From the NCBI GenBank assembly GCA_964543385.1, contig CAZIYE010000002.1:1-32000 (forward strand): DNA of 32,000 nucleotides, given 5' to 3'. This document shows, piece after piece, positions 1 to 8,300 of this stretch. Within the stretch, counting starts at the first letter, position 1. The number at the start of each line of letters is the position of its first letter. The DNA is from an uncultured Candidatus Saccharibacteria bacterium. GTDB lineage: Bacteria; Patescibacteriota; UBA1384; XYA2-FULL-43-10; 1-14-0-10-43-13. The position numbers were made by a program, and so were the translations under genes. The notes beneath the pieces are model-generated. The model ran no database searches, was not told where the DNA came from, and saw only the letters and a list, made by a program, of their open reading frames with translations.

Positions 1-90
1 GTAGATGACAAACTAAAATCCCTCAATCAGAAGATAGAGATGAGCAAGAAATCTACTAATAAATAACTAATTATAATAGTCACTTGCAAA

Positions 91-119
91 TTGACTTCTT
101 CGGTATTTTTGTGTACAAT
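91..119 (+). promoter_or_regulatory. Sigma70-type promoter upstream of the tRNA cluster
   Basis: TTGACT - 17 nt - TACAAT located 24 nt before tRNA-Pro. Confidence 0.7.
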
Positions 120-142
120 AATCACATTATTGCGATTTGTTT

Positions 143-218
143 CGGGGATTGGCTCAGTTGGTAGAGCGCCCGCTTTGGGAGCGGGAGGTCGTGAGTTCGA
201 GTCTCGCATCCCCGACCA
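143..218 (+). tRNA. tRNA-Pro(TGG)
   Basis: Cloverleaf cggggat...atccccg-acca, anticodon arm cccgc-ttTGGga-gcggg, encoded CCA. Confidence 0.95.
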
Positions 219-259
219 ATATCAATGAATATGAAATACAAAATCATCCTCCCTGTATT

Positions 260-334
260 GCGGGTATCGTATAGCGGCTATTATGCGACCCTTCCAAGGT
301 TGAGATGCGGGTTCGACTCCCGCTACCCGCTCCA
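260..334 (+). tRNA. tRNA-Gly(TCC)
   Basis: Acceptor gcgggta/tacccgc, anticodon loop ctTCCaa, encoded CCA. Confidence 0.95.
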
Positions 335-733
335 ATAAATAAGAGGAGGTGGTGTGGTTCGTTTTTTTTGTATCTGGTAAGATGGCAATTATCGACATTG
401 ATCCTTGCACCTTCTGTAGCTTTCTTCAAACATTCACCAAGTATTTGGGGCACAAAAGAAGATTGGATTTCAGCAATTGTAGCTAATCTGATAGGCGGCT
501 GTATCTTTTTCTGGGTTGATATATTTATCTTTAAGAGCAAAAGTATCGAGAAATGGGAAATACTCAAAAGCGGCAAGTGTCATGATTGCGGCAAGAGTGA
601 TTTAGTAAAAAGGTTAGTTATAGCGCCTGGCGGGTATGACAAATCAGACGACGAAGAGCCAGAATATAGATGTGTTATGTGCTCAGAAAAGAAGTTAGTT
701 CAGTTAAAGAAACTTAGGAAAATAGCATCGTAA
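305..733 (+). CDS. Small membrane protein with C-terminal zinc-ribbon-like CxxC pair (hypothetical); start uncertain
   Basis: ORF with hydrophobic segment (NLIGGCIFFWVDIFIF) and CHDCGK...CVMC. The N-terminal part of the ORF overlaps tRNA-Gly, so the true start is downstream, possibly TTG near 368. Confidence 0.45.
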   Translation: MRVRLPLPAPINKRRWCGSFFLYLVRWQLSTLILAPSVAFFKHSPSIWGTKEDWISAIVANLIGGCIFFWVDIFIFKSKSIEKWEILKSGKCHDCGKSDLVKRLVIAPGGYDKSDDEEPEYRCVMCSEKKLVQLKKLRKIAS

Positions 734-738
734 AATAT

Positions 739-814
739 GGCGGCCATAGTGAAGTGGTTATCACGGCAGTTTGTGGCACTGCAATGATGGGTTCAATTCC
801 CGTTGGCCGCCCCA
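739..814 (+). tRNA. tRNA-His(GTG)
   Basis: G-1, acceptor gcggcca/tggccgc, C73, encoded CCA; anticodon arm gcagt-ttGTGgc-actgc. Confidence 0.93.
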
Positions 815-820
815 AAATTT

Positions 821-897
821 GCGTCCATAGCTCAGCTGGATAGAGCGCCTGTCTTCGGAACAGGAGGTCGGGGGTTCGAATCCCTCTGGGCGTACCA
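821..897 (+). tRNA. tRNA-Arg(TCG)
   Basis: Acceptor gcgtcca/tgggcgt, anticodon arm cctgt-ctTCGga-acagg, T arm ggggg-ttcgaat-ccctc, ACCA. Confidence 0.95.
878..897 (+). repeat. Direct repeat copy 1 (3' end of tRNA-Arg): gaatccctctgggcgtacca; candidate att core
   Basis: Exact 20-bp match to 1007..1026. Confidence 0.85.
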
Positions 898-902
898 GTA
901 AG

Positions 903-2540
903 TTATACGATAAGAATTAAAGTTATTTGAGGCAAATCTAGTCGATTTGTAGAGGGATGAGAACCACCGACAGATTTGAGAAGTGGGTTGGGGGACCCGC
1001 AGGTGAGAATCCCTCTGGGCGTACCAAGAAGGACAGGCTTCCTTTGAAAAGCCAATAATGCAGTCCAGAAGGGACTAATCTCGGTGTTTAAGTAGTCATT
1101 TCCGTCCCATGGCAACCCATTAGGGTATATTGAACACATGAGCGTGCGCTTCTGTTTTAGGTCAGATTTTAGGTAAGTTTCGGTGATATTTACAAGCTTT
1201 GTTTTGACAAAAATAGTGATGGCTTCCAAATTATACTTTTGGATTAGGTCATCATTTTTTGTTACATTAAGAGCCTGAATCTTTTCTTCGACCTTTCTAT
1301 TTTGCTCCTTAAAAATATCGTCAGAGTAAACTCCTTGGATATTTTTCTCAATCAGAATCTGGCGAAAGTCATAGAGCTTCTTTAACTCCGTATCAGCAAT
1401 CTCGCGTCTTTTTTGCAGCGTTGTTAGCCGTTCGCGATATTTTTGTCGGAGCCAAGCATTAAAATAGTCTGCCGTCTCTGCTTTTGGTTTTATGCCACCC
1501 AACAGCTCCTCAGTTTTATCATCTATCTTCACTCGATTTGTATTCGTCCCTTTGCAGCGATGCGGGCAGAAATAGTAGGGATAGCGTTGGTTTTTGCCCT
1601 TGCACCAGCCGGCAGTTAAAGATGCACCGCAAATACTACACTTAACAATTCGGCGGAGCGGGAAGTCTGGATTATCAACGTTTCTTCGGGCTAGTGGCTT
1701 AGAAATATTCACATTTCTTCCATCTAAGACCGCTTGCACCTTGTAAAATTGCTCCTCGGTTACCATCGCCGGATGCTGACCTTGAACTTCAAGGTTGTAT
1801 TTTTTTGAAAAGACTTTTCCCATATAAAACTTGTTTTTAAATATTTTACTCAAAGTTTGCGCCCTGATCATGCCCTCCTTGCCGTCTCTTTTGCCGCCTT
1901 TAATTCCGGCATCTCTTAAGATTTGCGCAACCTCTTTCAATGTCTTGTGCTCGGTTGCTATCAAGTCCCATGCTTTTCTGACCAGATCGAAAGTTTCCGG
2001 ATCTTTGACAGCGTAACCGCTTTGATTAAGATAGCCAAGCGGAACAAAGCCGTTGCTAAGTCCTGACATAAATCGAGCTTTCATACCATTTTTTGATCTC
2101 TCGCTTCTAACATCATTATCCATCTGCGCAAAACCAGCGAGCATTGTTTCGATAAACTTTTCCGTTGGGCTGCTGCCAGTAGGCTCTGTCGCAGAAACCA
2201 GCTTAATATCACATTCAGCCAACTTCTTTCGGATAGCCAAATAGTCGGCTGTTTGGCGTGAGATTCGATCTAGTCGATAGACAATAACTGCTTCCACCTC
2301 TTTCTTGTGCTGCCGGCAATATTCGAGCATTTCAAGCAGAGCAGGTCTGCCAGCAATTGTCTTTGCAGATTTGCCTTCATCTCGAAAGATTTCGCCAACT
2401 TCTAGCTTTCGTTTCTCGGCTTCTTTTTTACAAATATTTTCCTGAGTTTCGAGAGAATAATTATCAACCTGTTCTTCGGTTGAAACCCGCAGATAGATTA
2501 CCGCTTTCGAAGCTTGCGCCGGAAAAATGTTATTCATCAC
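903..2540 (-). CDS. Serine recombinase (resolvase N-terminal domain + recombinase domain + zinc ribbon)
   Basis: YLRVSTEEQVDNYSLETQ, YRLDRISRQTADYL, RIVKCSICGASLT zinc ribbon, GTG start. The last ~40 residues are encoded across the tRNA repeat and may not be ancestral. Confidence 0.92.
   Translation of the reverse strand: MMNNIFPAQASKAVIYLRVSTEEQVDNYSLETQENICKKEAEKRKLEVGEIFRDEGKSAKTIAGRPALLEMLEYCRQHKKEVEAVIVYRLDRISRQTADYLAIRKKLAECDIKLVSATEPTGSSPTEKFIETMLAGFAQMDNDVRSERSKNGMKARFMSGLSNGFVPLGYLNQSGYAVKDPETFDLVRKAWDLIATEHKTLKEVAQILRDAGIKGGKRDGKEGMIRAQTLSKIFKNKFYMGKVFSKKYNLEVQGQHPAMVTEEQFYKVQAVLDGRNVNISKPLARRNVDNPDFPLRRIVKCSICGASLTAGWCKGKNQRYPYYFCPHRCKGTNTNRVKIDDKTEELLGGIKPKAETADYFNAWLRQKYRERLTTLQKRREIADTELKKLYDFRQILIEKNIQGVYSDDIFKEQNRKVEEKIQALNVTKNDDLIQKYNLEAITIFVKTKLVNITETYLKSDLKQKRTLMCSIYPNGLPWDGNDYLNTEISPFWTALLAFQRKPVLLGTPRGILTCGSPNPLLKSVGGSHPSTNRLDLPQITLILIV
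1007..1026 (+). repeat. Direct repeat copy 2 of the tRNA-Arg 3' end; candidate att site inside the recombinase ORF
   Basis: Exact 20-bp match to 878..897, spacing 129 bp. Confidence 0.85.
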
Positions 2541-2866
2541 CCCTCCCTTAATACCTCTCTTAATGTTTTGTTATTGAAAATTTGTCTCTCAAATTCATCC
2601 ATCCAACAGTCGAGCAGAAACTCAAATTCCGTTAAATGCGCTTGGAGTTCTGAGTCGGAAAGGCTGGTTGCAACATCACCGAGTATCTTTCTCGCCCTGG
2701 CTAATTTATTTTCTGCTTTATCAAAATCAAAGATATTTTCGAGGGCTGATTCAATCGAGTTGTCTTTGTGTTCTGAAAAATTGACTGCTGGCTCTTTGAC
2801 TACTGGATAATTAGTCACAAATTGAGTTCTTGCAATTGGATTTAGAAGTTGTAGTTGACCGGACAT
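2537..2866 (-). CDS. Hypothetical protein, overlapping and upstream of the recombinase
   Basis: 109-aa ORF whose TGA overlaps the recombinase start region; typical translationally coupled arrangement. Confidence 0.6.
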   Translation of the reverse strand: MSGQLQLLNPIARTQFVTNYPVVKEPAVNFSEHKDNSIESALENIFDFDKAENKLARARKILGDVATSLSDSELQAHLTEFEFLLDCWMDEFERQIFNNKTLREVLREG

Positions 2867-3006
2867 TGAACACCCTCCTATCTATGACTATATCCATAGT
2901 TTACTATGGATATAGTCATAGTGTCAAGAGAAATGGTCGATAGTTTATCAATAAAATAGCCAGTCCTAGAGTACAAATATAGGTGTTCAAATATACGCCA
3001 ATTTAA

Positions 3007-3804
3007 CTACGCTTTTTCCCAAACATCACCGCCAGATTCATTCGATTTGAGGCTCTCTAGTAAGGCGAACTGAATCGTAAAATCAGCATCTGGGTACTCA
3101 TCGGCTCTGAGTCTTCGAGTATACCTTTTGGCATAAATTAGTAGGTACATCGAATGACAAACAAAAAGTAGAGTCGGGAATTCATCCTCTATGTTATCCT
3201 CCCAGCCATTGGAATAGTACAGATCAAAATATCTTTTAATTTTATTACGGACTAAGGCGAAAGAAGAATATCTCTCAATTACTTCTAATAGGTAATACAT
3301 TGTCACACTTTTGTTACTTGCTCGCTTTGCAAAAAGAAGTTCGGGCTTAATCTTGGCCTCCGTCAGGAAACAATAATCCGAATATGGCTCAGCCAATTCT
3401 GTTTTGGTTATAACTGAAGAATTCTCCGCTTCCATATTTTTATTTAAAAAAGCCAGGCTAAGATCAGCAAGCAAAAGGGCATCGGTAATATGACCAGATG
3501 ATCCAGACCCTGCTTCTGTTGTTATCTTAGGGAAGTACTTAGGGGTGATGAGATATTTTTTCGACAAATACGGAAGACTGTTAGGAGCTAGGTAATAGAT
3601 AGATGGCCTTGTTCTTTCGACATAGCCGTTTGACCAGATTCTTTTTAGATATTCATTTTCTGTTAGGTCTTTAAGCCAGCTGTTTATTCTTCTATGATCT
3701 TTATGTTTTAGGAATGATTGTATCTGTATTCTGTTTAGGAATTTGAATTTATATATTAGAGTTAGGATTTCTTGTTGTTTAGTTGTTATTGTTTGATTTG
3801 TCAT
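3007..3804 (-). CDS. Replication-relaxation-like winged-helix protein
   Basis: N-terminal KQQEILTLIYKFKFLNRIQIQSFL...RRINSWLKDLTENEYLKRI...YYLAPNSLPYL resembles the plasmid replication-relaxation family. Confidence 0.6.
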   Translation of the reverse strand: MTNQTITTKQQEILTLIYKFKFLNRIQIQSFLKHKDHRRINSWLKDLTENEYLKRIWSNGYVERTRPSIYYLAPNSLPYLSKKYLITPKYFPKITTEAGSGSSGHITDALLLADLSLAFLNKNMEAENSSVITKTELAEPYSDYCFLTEAKIKPELLFAKRASNKSVTMYYLLEVIERYSSFALVRNKIKRYFDLYYSNGWEDNIEDEFPTLLFVCHSMYLLIYAKRYTRRLRADEYPDADFTIQFALLESLKSNESGGDVWEKA

Positions 3805-3854
3805 GTTTTTTTGATTGATTATTTTTAGGACGAGTATTATTTATTTTTTCCCTA

Positions 3855-3887
3855 ACCTACCTAACCATATATGTGTATAGGGTAGGT
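3855..3887. repeat. Inverted repeat acctacc...ggtaggt upstream of the relaxation-like gene
   Basis: 7-bp arms 3855-3861 and 3881-3887, 19-nt loop. Confidence 0.4.
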
Positions 3888-3937
3888 GCTAAATATTTTC
3901 AAATTTAGCTTCAAAAACCCATATTTTTTGCCACAGA

Positions 3938-3962
3938 TGACTGGGACAATTGACTGGGACAA
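3938..3962. repeat. Tandem direct repeat tgactgggacaa x2, period 13
   Basis: Exact 12-bp copies at 3938-3949 and 3951-3962. Confidence 0.5.
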
Positions 3963-4265
3963 AACACTGGCCATCTAATACATTGTATAACACAAAATAT
4001 GAAGGCCTCCAAGCCCAGAATGAGTTATTATGATATCTCTCTGAAACAGACTGAAAAATGCAGTTTTATTAAGCTGAAAAATTTCTCAGCTAATTCTTAG
4101 TTCTTACTATAGTATTGGTGTAGTTTTTAAAAGAGACTTTGTTATTTTGAAGAACTAGGGCAAAAATTAACTACATATCCAATTTTTGATATTATCTGTA
4201 AATACTGCTTAAGGGATTGTCTAGATAGTGTGGAATTTATGGATTTATTAGAGACCGATATTGTT

Positions 4266-5213
4266 TTAGGTACGGACATTTTGCACTTTTAGCCTGAGGA
4301 CTTGATTCGGTGTTTTGCCGTTCAGTCCGCAGTGTTTTAAATCATTGTAATACATATTCCAAAGCTTTGCTTGGTATTTTAATTCCTCCTCTGTTTTGTA
4401 TCTAATCTTCTCATAAAAACTCTCCTGATCAGATCGATGACTTCTCTCAACGCAACCGTTTTGAGCTGGTTTGCCTGGGTCAATCAAGTAATGAGCGATA
4501 TCTAATCTCTCGCACTCAATATCTAGCGGATGAAGGTTTGGGTTAAATGGATCTTTGCTCTTAAGATAGCCGGTGTATCTGTTTGTGAAGATGCTGCCAT
4601 TGTCAGTCTTAATTGCTTTAATCCGGTACGGAAACCTTTGAATTACCTCGTTTAGGAAGTTCAGAGCATCAACATTGGCTTGCTGGTCATAGATCTTTAG
4701 GTAGCGCCATCTGGAGGCGCAGTCTATGGCAGTGAACTGGTAATACCTCTTCTCGTTGATCTTATCTGGCACGTATTTGACATCGATCTCAATTAGTTCA
4801 CCGGGCAGGAGTAGTGTCTTTGGCTTCTGTGGATACTGCTTCCTTGTGCGGTATTTCCGAGTCAGGCCGTCTGTCTTTAGGATCTTGCCAATAGTTCTCT
4901 CGTGGAGAAAGATGCCTTCGTCCGCCAGATCCCACTTGATCTTTAGAGCACACTCGTCGTTCATCTCGTGGCGCAGCTCCAGCACCCGTTCTTTGATTCT
5001 GATTGGCGTTTCGTTGGGCTGAGACCTTGGTCTGGTTGAGTGGTTTTCAAGGCCGGCCAATCCATCCTCTCGGTATTGTTTTAACCAATACTTAATGGCT
5101 CTTTCTGAGAAAGGACAGACCAAGGCAAGGTCTTTAATCTTCATCCTTTTTTCCAAGACAGGAGTAATCCATCTTAGTTTTTCTTCTTGTGTCGAATTGG
5201 GCATTATCTTCAT
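4266..5213 (-). CDS. IS481-like transposase (DDE integrase core, N-terminal HTH)
   Basis: LALVCPFSERAIKYWLKQYREDGLAGLENHSTRP (HTH), GELIEIDVKYV, IKTDNGSIF, PGKPAQNGCVERSHRSDQESFYE (DDE signature). Confidence 0.93.
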   Translation of the reverse strand: MKIMPNSTQEEKLRWITPVLEKRMKIKDLALVCPFSERAIKYWLKQYREDGLAGLENHSTRPRSQPNETPIRIKERVLELRHEMNDECALKIKWDLADEGIFLHERTIGKILKTDGLTRKYRTRKQYPQKPKTLLLPGELIEIDVKYVPDKINEKRYYQFTAIDCASRWRYLKIYDQQANVDALNFLNEVIQRFPYRIKAIKTDNGSIFTNRYTGYLKSKDPFNPNLHPLDIECERLDIAHYLIDPGKPAQNGCVERSHRSDQESFYEKIRYKTEEELKYQAKLWNMYYNDLKHCGLNGKTPNQVLRLKVQNVRT

Positions 5214-5250
5214 GCTCCAAGTTAACCAAAAAGTGCAAAAAGTGTGTACA
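4269..5250 (-). mobile_element. IS481-like insertion sequence, about 980 bp
   Basis: Transposase ORF fills the element. Termini ggtacggacattttgcactttt (left) and reverse complement of the right end tgtacacactttttgcactttt are near-identical inverted repeats. Exact edges and target duplication not resolved. Confidence 0.82.
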
Positions 5251-5265
5251 CATTACCATATTTAC

Positions 5266-5295
5266 TTGAAGAAATAGCGGCCACTATTGTATAAT
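5266..5295 (+). promoter_or_regulatory. Promoter for the large surface protein
   Basis: TTGAAG - 18 nt - TATAAT, 34 nt before the predicted ATG, just outside the IS end. Confidence 0.6.
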
Positions 5296-5328
5296 ATAAA
5301 CAGTTGAAAAATTATCTTTGTGAGGGCC

Positions 5329-8300
5329 ATGATTAAAAAAAGCAGTTACCTTAAAATTTGCTTCGTCATATTTCTAATTTTGGGAATTTCTTTTCCACCT
5401 GTTTCAAGAATTGCTAAAGCGAGTAATCCAACTTACTATGTTAGTGTTATCAATGGACAACTGAAATACCGTCTTGATAATTGGCCTGACGGAAGTAACG
5501 GCACTATTCCAAATCCGAGTGATTTAAACCAGTTATTCTTTGACCTGAACAATGACAAGAGTATAGTTCTTGATGCTGGCACATATTCTGGAACGTTGCT
5601 AGATGCCACAGACGGTATTGATATTGGGCGATCCGGACAACACATTCGCTCTGCTGTCAGTACTGATCCTGATTATGCAAATCGATTAGGCGAGGTAATC
5701 ATCGATGGGGCAGGCATGAATGATGATGTTTTTGTTCTAAATGCCTCCAATAATATCTCCGGCATCACTATTCGGGGAGCTGATGGGGGAAAGAGAAACT
5801 TGGTTATCTCTAGTGGGACAGCAATTATCAATGACATGATTTTGTCGGGCGGTGATTCCGGTTTTCTTTTTTCCGGTTCTAGTAATGTGACATTAAATCG
5901 TGTAAAAGTGAGTAACGTTAGCAGTTATATCGGCGATGTCAACGGAGCTTCGGCAAACACTACTTTTAATTATGGCCAATTTACCGACAATGCCAGTCCG
6001 ATCAGAGTTTTTAATGGCAATTTGACAGTTAATAATTCAACCCTTGCCGGCACAAAGAACGAAGCGATTTATATAGCTAATAACAATGGCCAGCAAGTCA
6101 TGGTAAATAACAGCATTATTACAGCATCCAGTACTGATAACGCCAATAAAAATGCAATTTTAAATAGCTCCTCAAATGCGAGTTGCACGGTAAACAATAC
6201 TCTCATCCACTCAAATCCGATGAATGGGAATTACTTAACTAGCGGCTGCACCTTAAACAATGCGACGACTGATGAAGCTGCTGGTTTCATTTCGCCAAAG
6301 AGGCAGGGAATGGTTTCGATTGTGATTGACGACGCTGCTAGCAAAGACTGGTTCGGCACGATGGCCGACCTAGCTGAAGAGAGAAATTTCCGGCTTACTT
6401 GGGCCGTCGACACAAGATACATGTCAATTCATGAATACTGGGGTAGTGCTATCGATTTTGCAAACCGCGGCCATGAAATTGCTTCCCACTCCAGCTCTCA
6501 TTCTTATCTGACAGAGTTAAGAGGTATTAATATTCAGTACATTGGGACCGGTGCTGCGGCGACCTTGTCGATCGATGCTGCAACAAAAACCCTAACAACC
6601 TCTGTGGCTGACAAGCCATCCGATAACCTTTCTATCAACTTAAACAATTACACACTTCATGGTCTAGCCAATTTTATTGCTAGTTCTAAGGGTGGTTCGG
6701 CCTACGTGGGCACAATTGCGTCAAGTAACAACAATGAAGTTCCTGCCAGCATTTTAAGCACAGTTTCAAATCAAAGCATCAAAGAATCCATTTATATTGC
6801 CAATTTAAATGCTGATGCATACTACAGTTATGAAATACAAGGGTCAAAAACAGCAATCGAAACACAGATCGGCAATGGGTATGTGGTAAAATCTTTACAC
6901 TATCCTTTCTGGCAAAGCAACTCTAACGTCAGAGACGCAGTCTCATCTGCCGGATATATTGGCGCAAGAGGCTTTGATGGTACTCGCTTGATTTCCGATA
7001 TTGCCGCCTTTGAAACATACGGAATTCAAGTCGGAAACCTTTTTGGAGCTTTAAACACTAATCCAAACGAGACCCAAATAAAAGGAAGAGTTCATGCCTT
7101 GGCGCAATATCTTAATCATGTCGGTGGATTTATCACGCTTGTTGCGCACAATAGCTTAATGGAGGGCGACTATACTCAACAGGAGTGGATCTGGGTGATG
7201 GACGCGCTAAAGGAAAGCGGTATTCAAGTTTTACCATACGGCGAAGCAATAGAAGGGATAATTCAAGATGCAGAGTCTACCAGTGGAAGTGACGGGAGTC
7301 TTCATTATCTTAGAAGTCAATTGCACCTAGGAGATCAATCGGATTATAGTCTGAGTCCTTTGTCGGTTGGAATAGATGCTGGTTCTAATCTTAGCCTAAC
7401 AGCAGACTTTCTCGGGAATCCAGTTTATGGCTCCCCGGACCTTGGCGCTTTTGAATTTCAACCTAATTATCTCATTGGCGATGATCAAATTGACATAACT
7501 GCCGGCGCTAAAATCTATGCTGATGGCAAGTTTCGCAATCTTGGAACTAGCTCTGGAAATATCGCTGACTTAGTTGTCAAACCAGAGGGTGGCAATTTCA
7601 GTACTTATGGACAAAATGAAACTAGACCCGTCTGGCTTGAAATTGAGAATATTGTTTGGTCAAATACCGGCACCCGACATAAGCAATGGGTGGAAAACTC
7701 TGATTTCCCTGGTCTTACAAATACTTTGCATGTTGTTGGTGATTTGTTACCGAGTAAATTATATAATGTTAAAGTAGATAGCGTGCTCGGGCAGAATATT
7801 ACGGGTGATGCATGTACTTCTGGTGTTTGCCGATCTGACTCAAATGGGCAAATAACCTTCACCTATACAGGCACTTATTCTGCACACACCTTTGATATCG
7901 AAGAGGGTGATAATTTTGGACCTCAAATTGTGAGTGTCACCGCTGAAAACCAGGATGGTTATTATTATGCTGGCGACACTCTCAATATTCTAGTCGAGTT
8001 CTCTGAGAACGTAGCTGTTGCTGGGATTCCTCGACTGCAGATGCGTACTAATAATGGAGATAAATATGCAAATTATTATTCTGGTAGCAACTCTTCTGTA
8101 TTAGTATTCAATTATTTAGTCGAGATTGGCGACCGGACTGATGATCTAGACTATTCTAATGTTGATTCTTTGGATCTTAATTCTGGAACAATCCGAGATT
8201 CTGTTGGTAATGATGCGGTTTTGTTATTGCCGCTTCCTGGTCAGCAATACTCGTTGGGCTTTAACAAGACTATTATTATTGATCAGGAGCAGCCTGTCGT

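Noticed and set aside
27-410. ORFs 27..209(-), 222..410(-) and 244..576(-) as genes
   Set aside because: They contain translations of tRNA-Pro and tRNA-Gly (e.g. MRDSNSRPPAPKAGALPTEPIP, AGVEPASQPWKG), a common artefact of reading tRNAs.
1831-2551. Plus-strand ORFs opposite the serine recombinase
   Set aside because: Antisense shadows of a strongly supported CDS with no family-like features.
4756-5277. Plus-strand ORFs opposite the transposase
   Set aside because: Antisense shadows of the transposase.
7574-7862. ORFs 7574..7777(+) and 7605..7862(-) inside the large surface gene
   Set aside because: Out-of-frame readings within a continuous 1.2-kaa reading frame.
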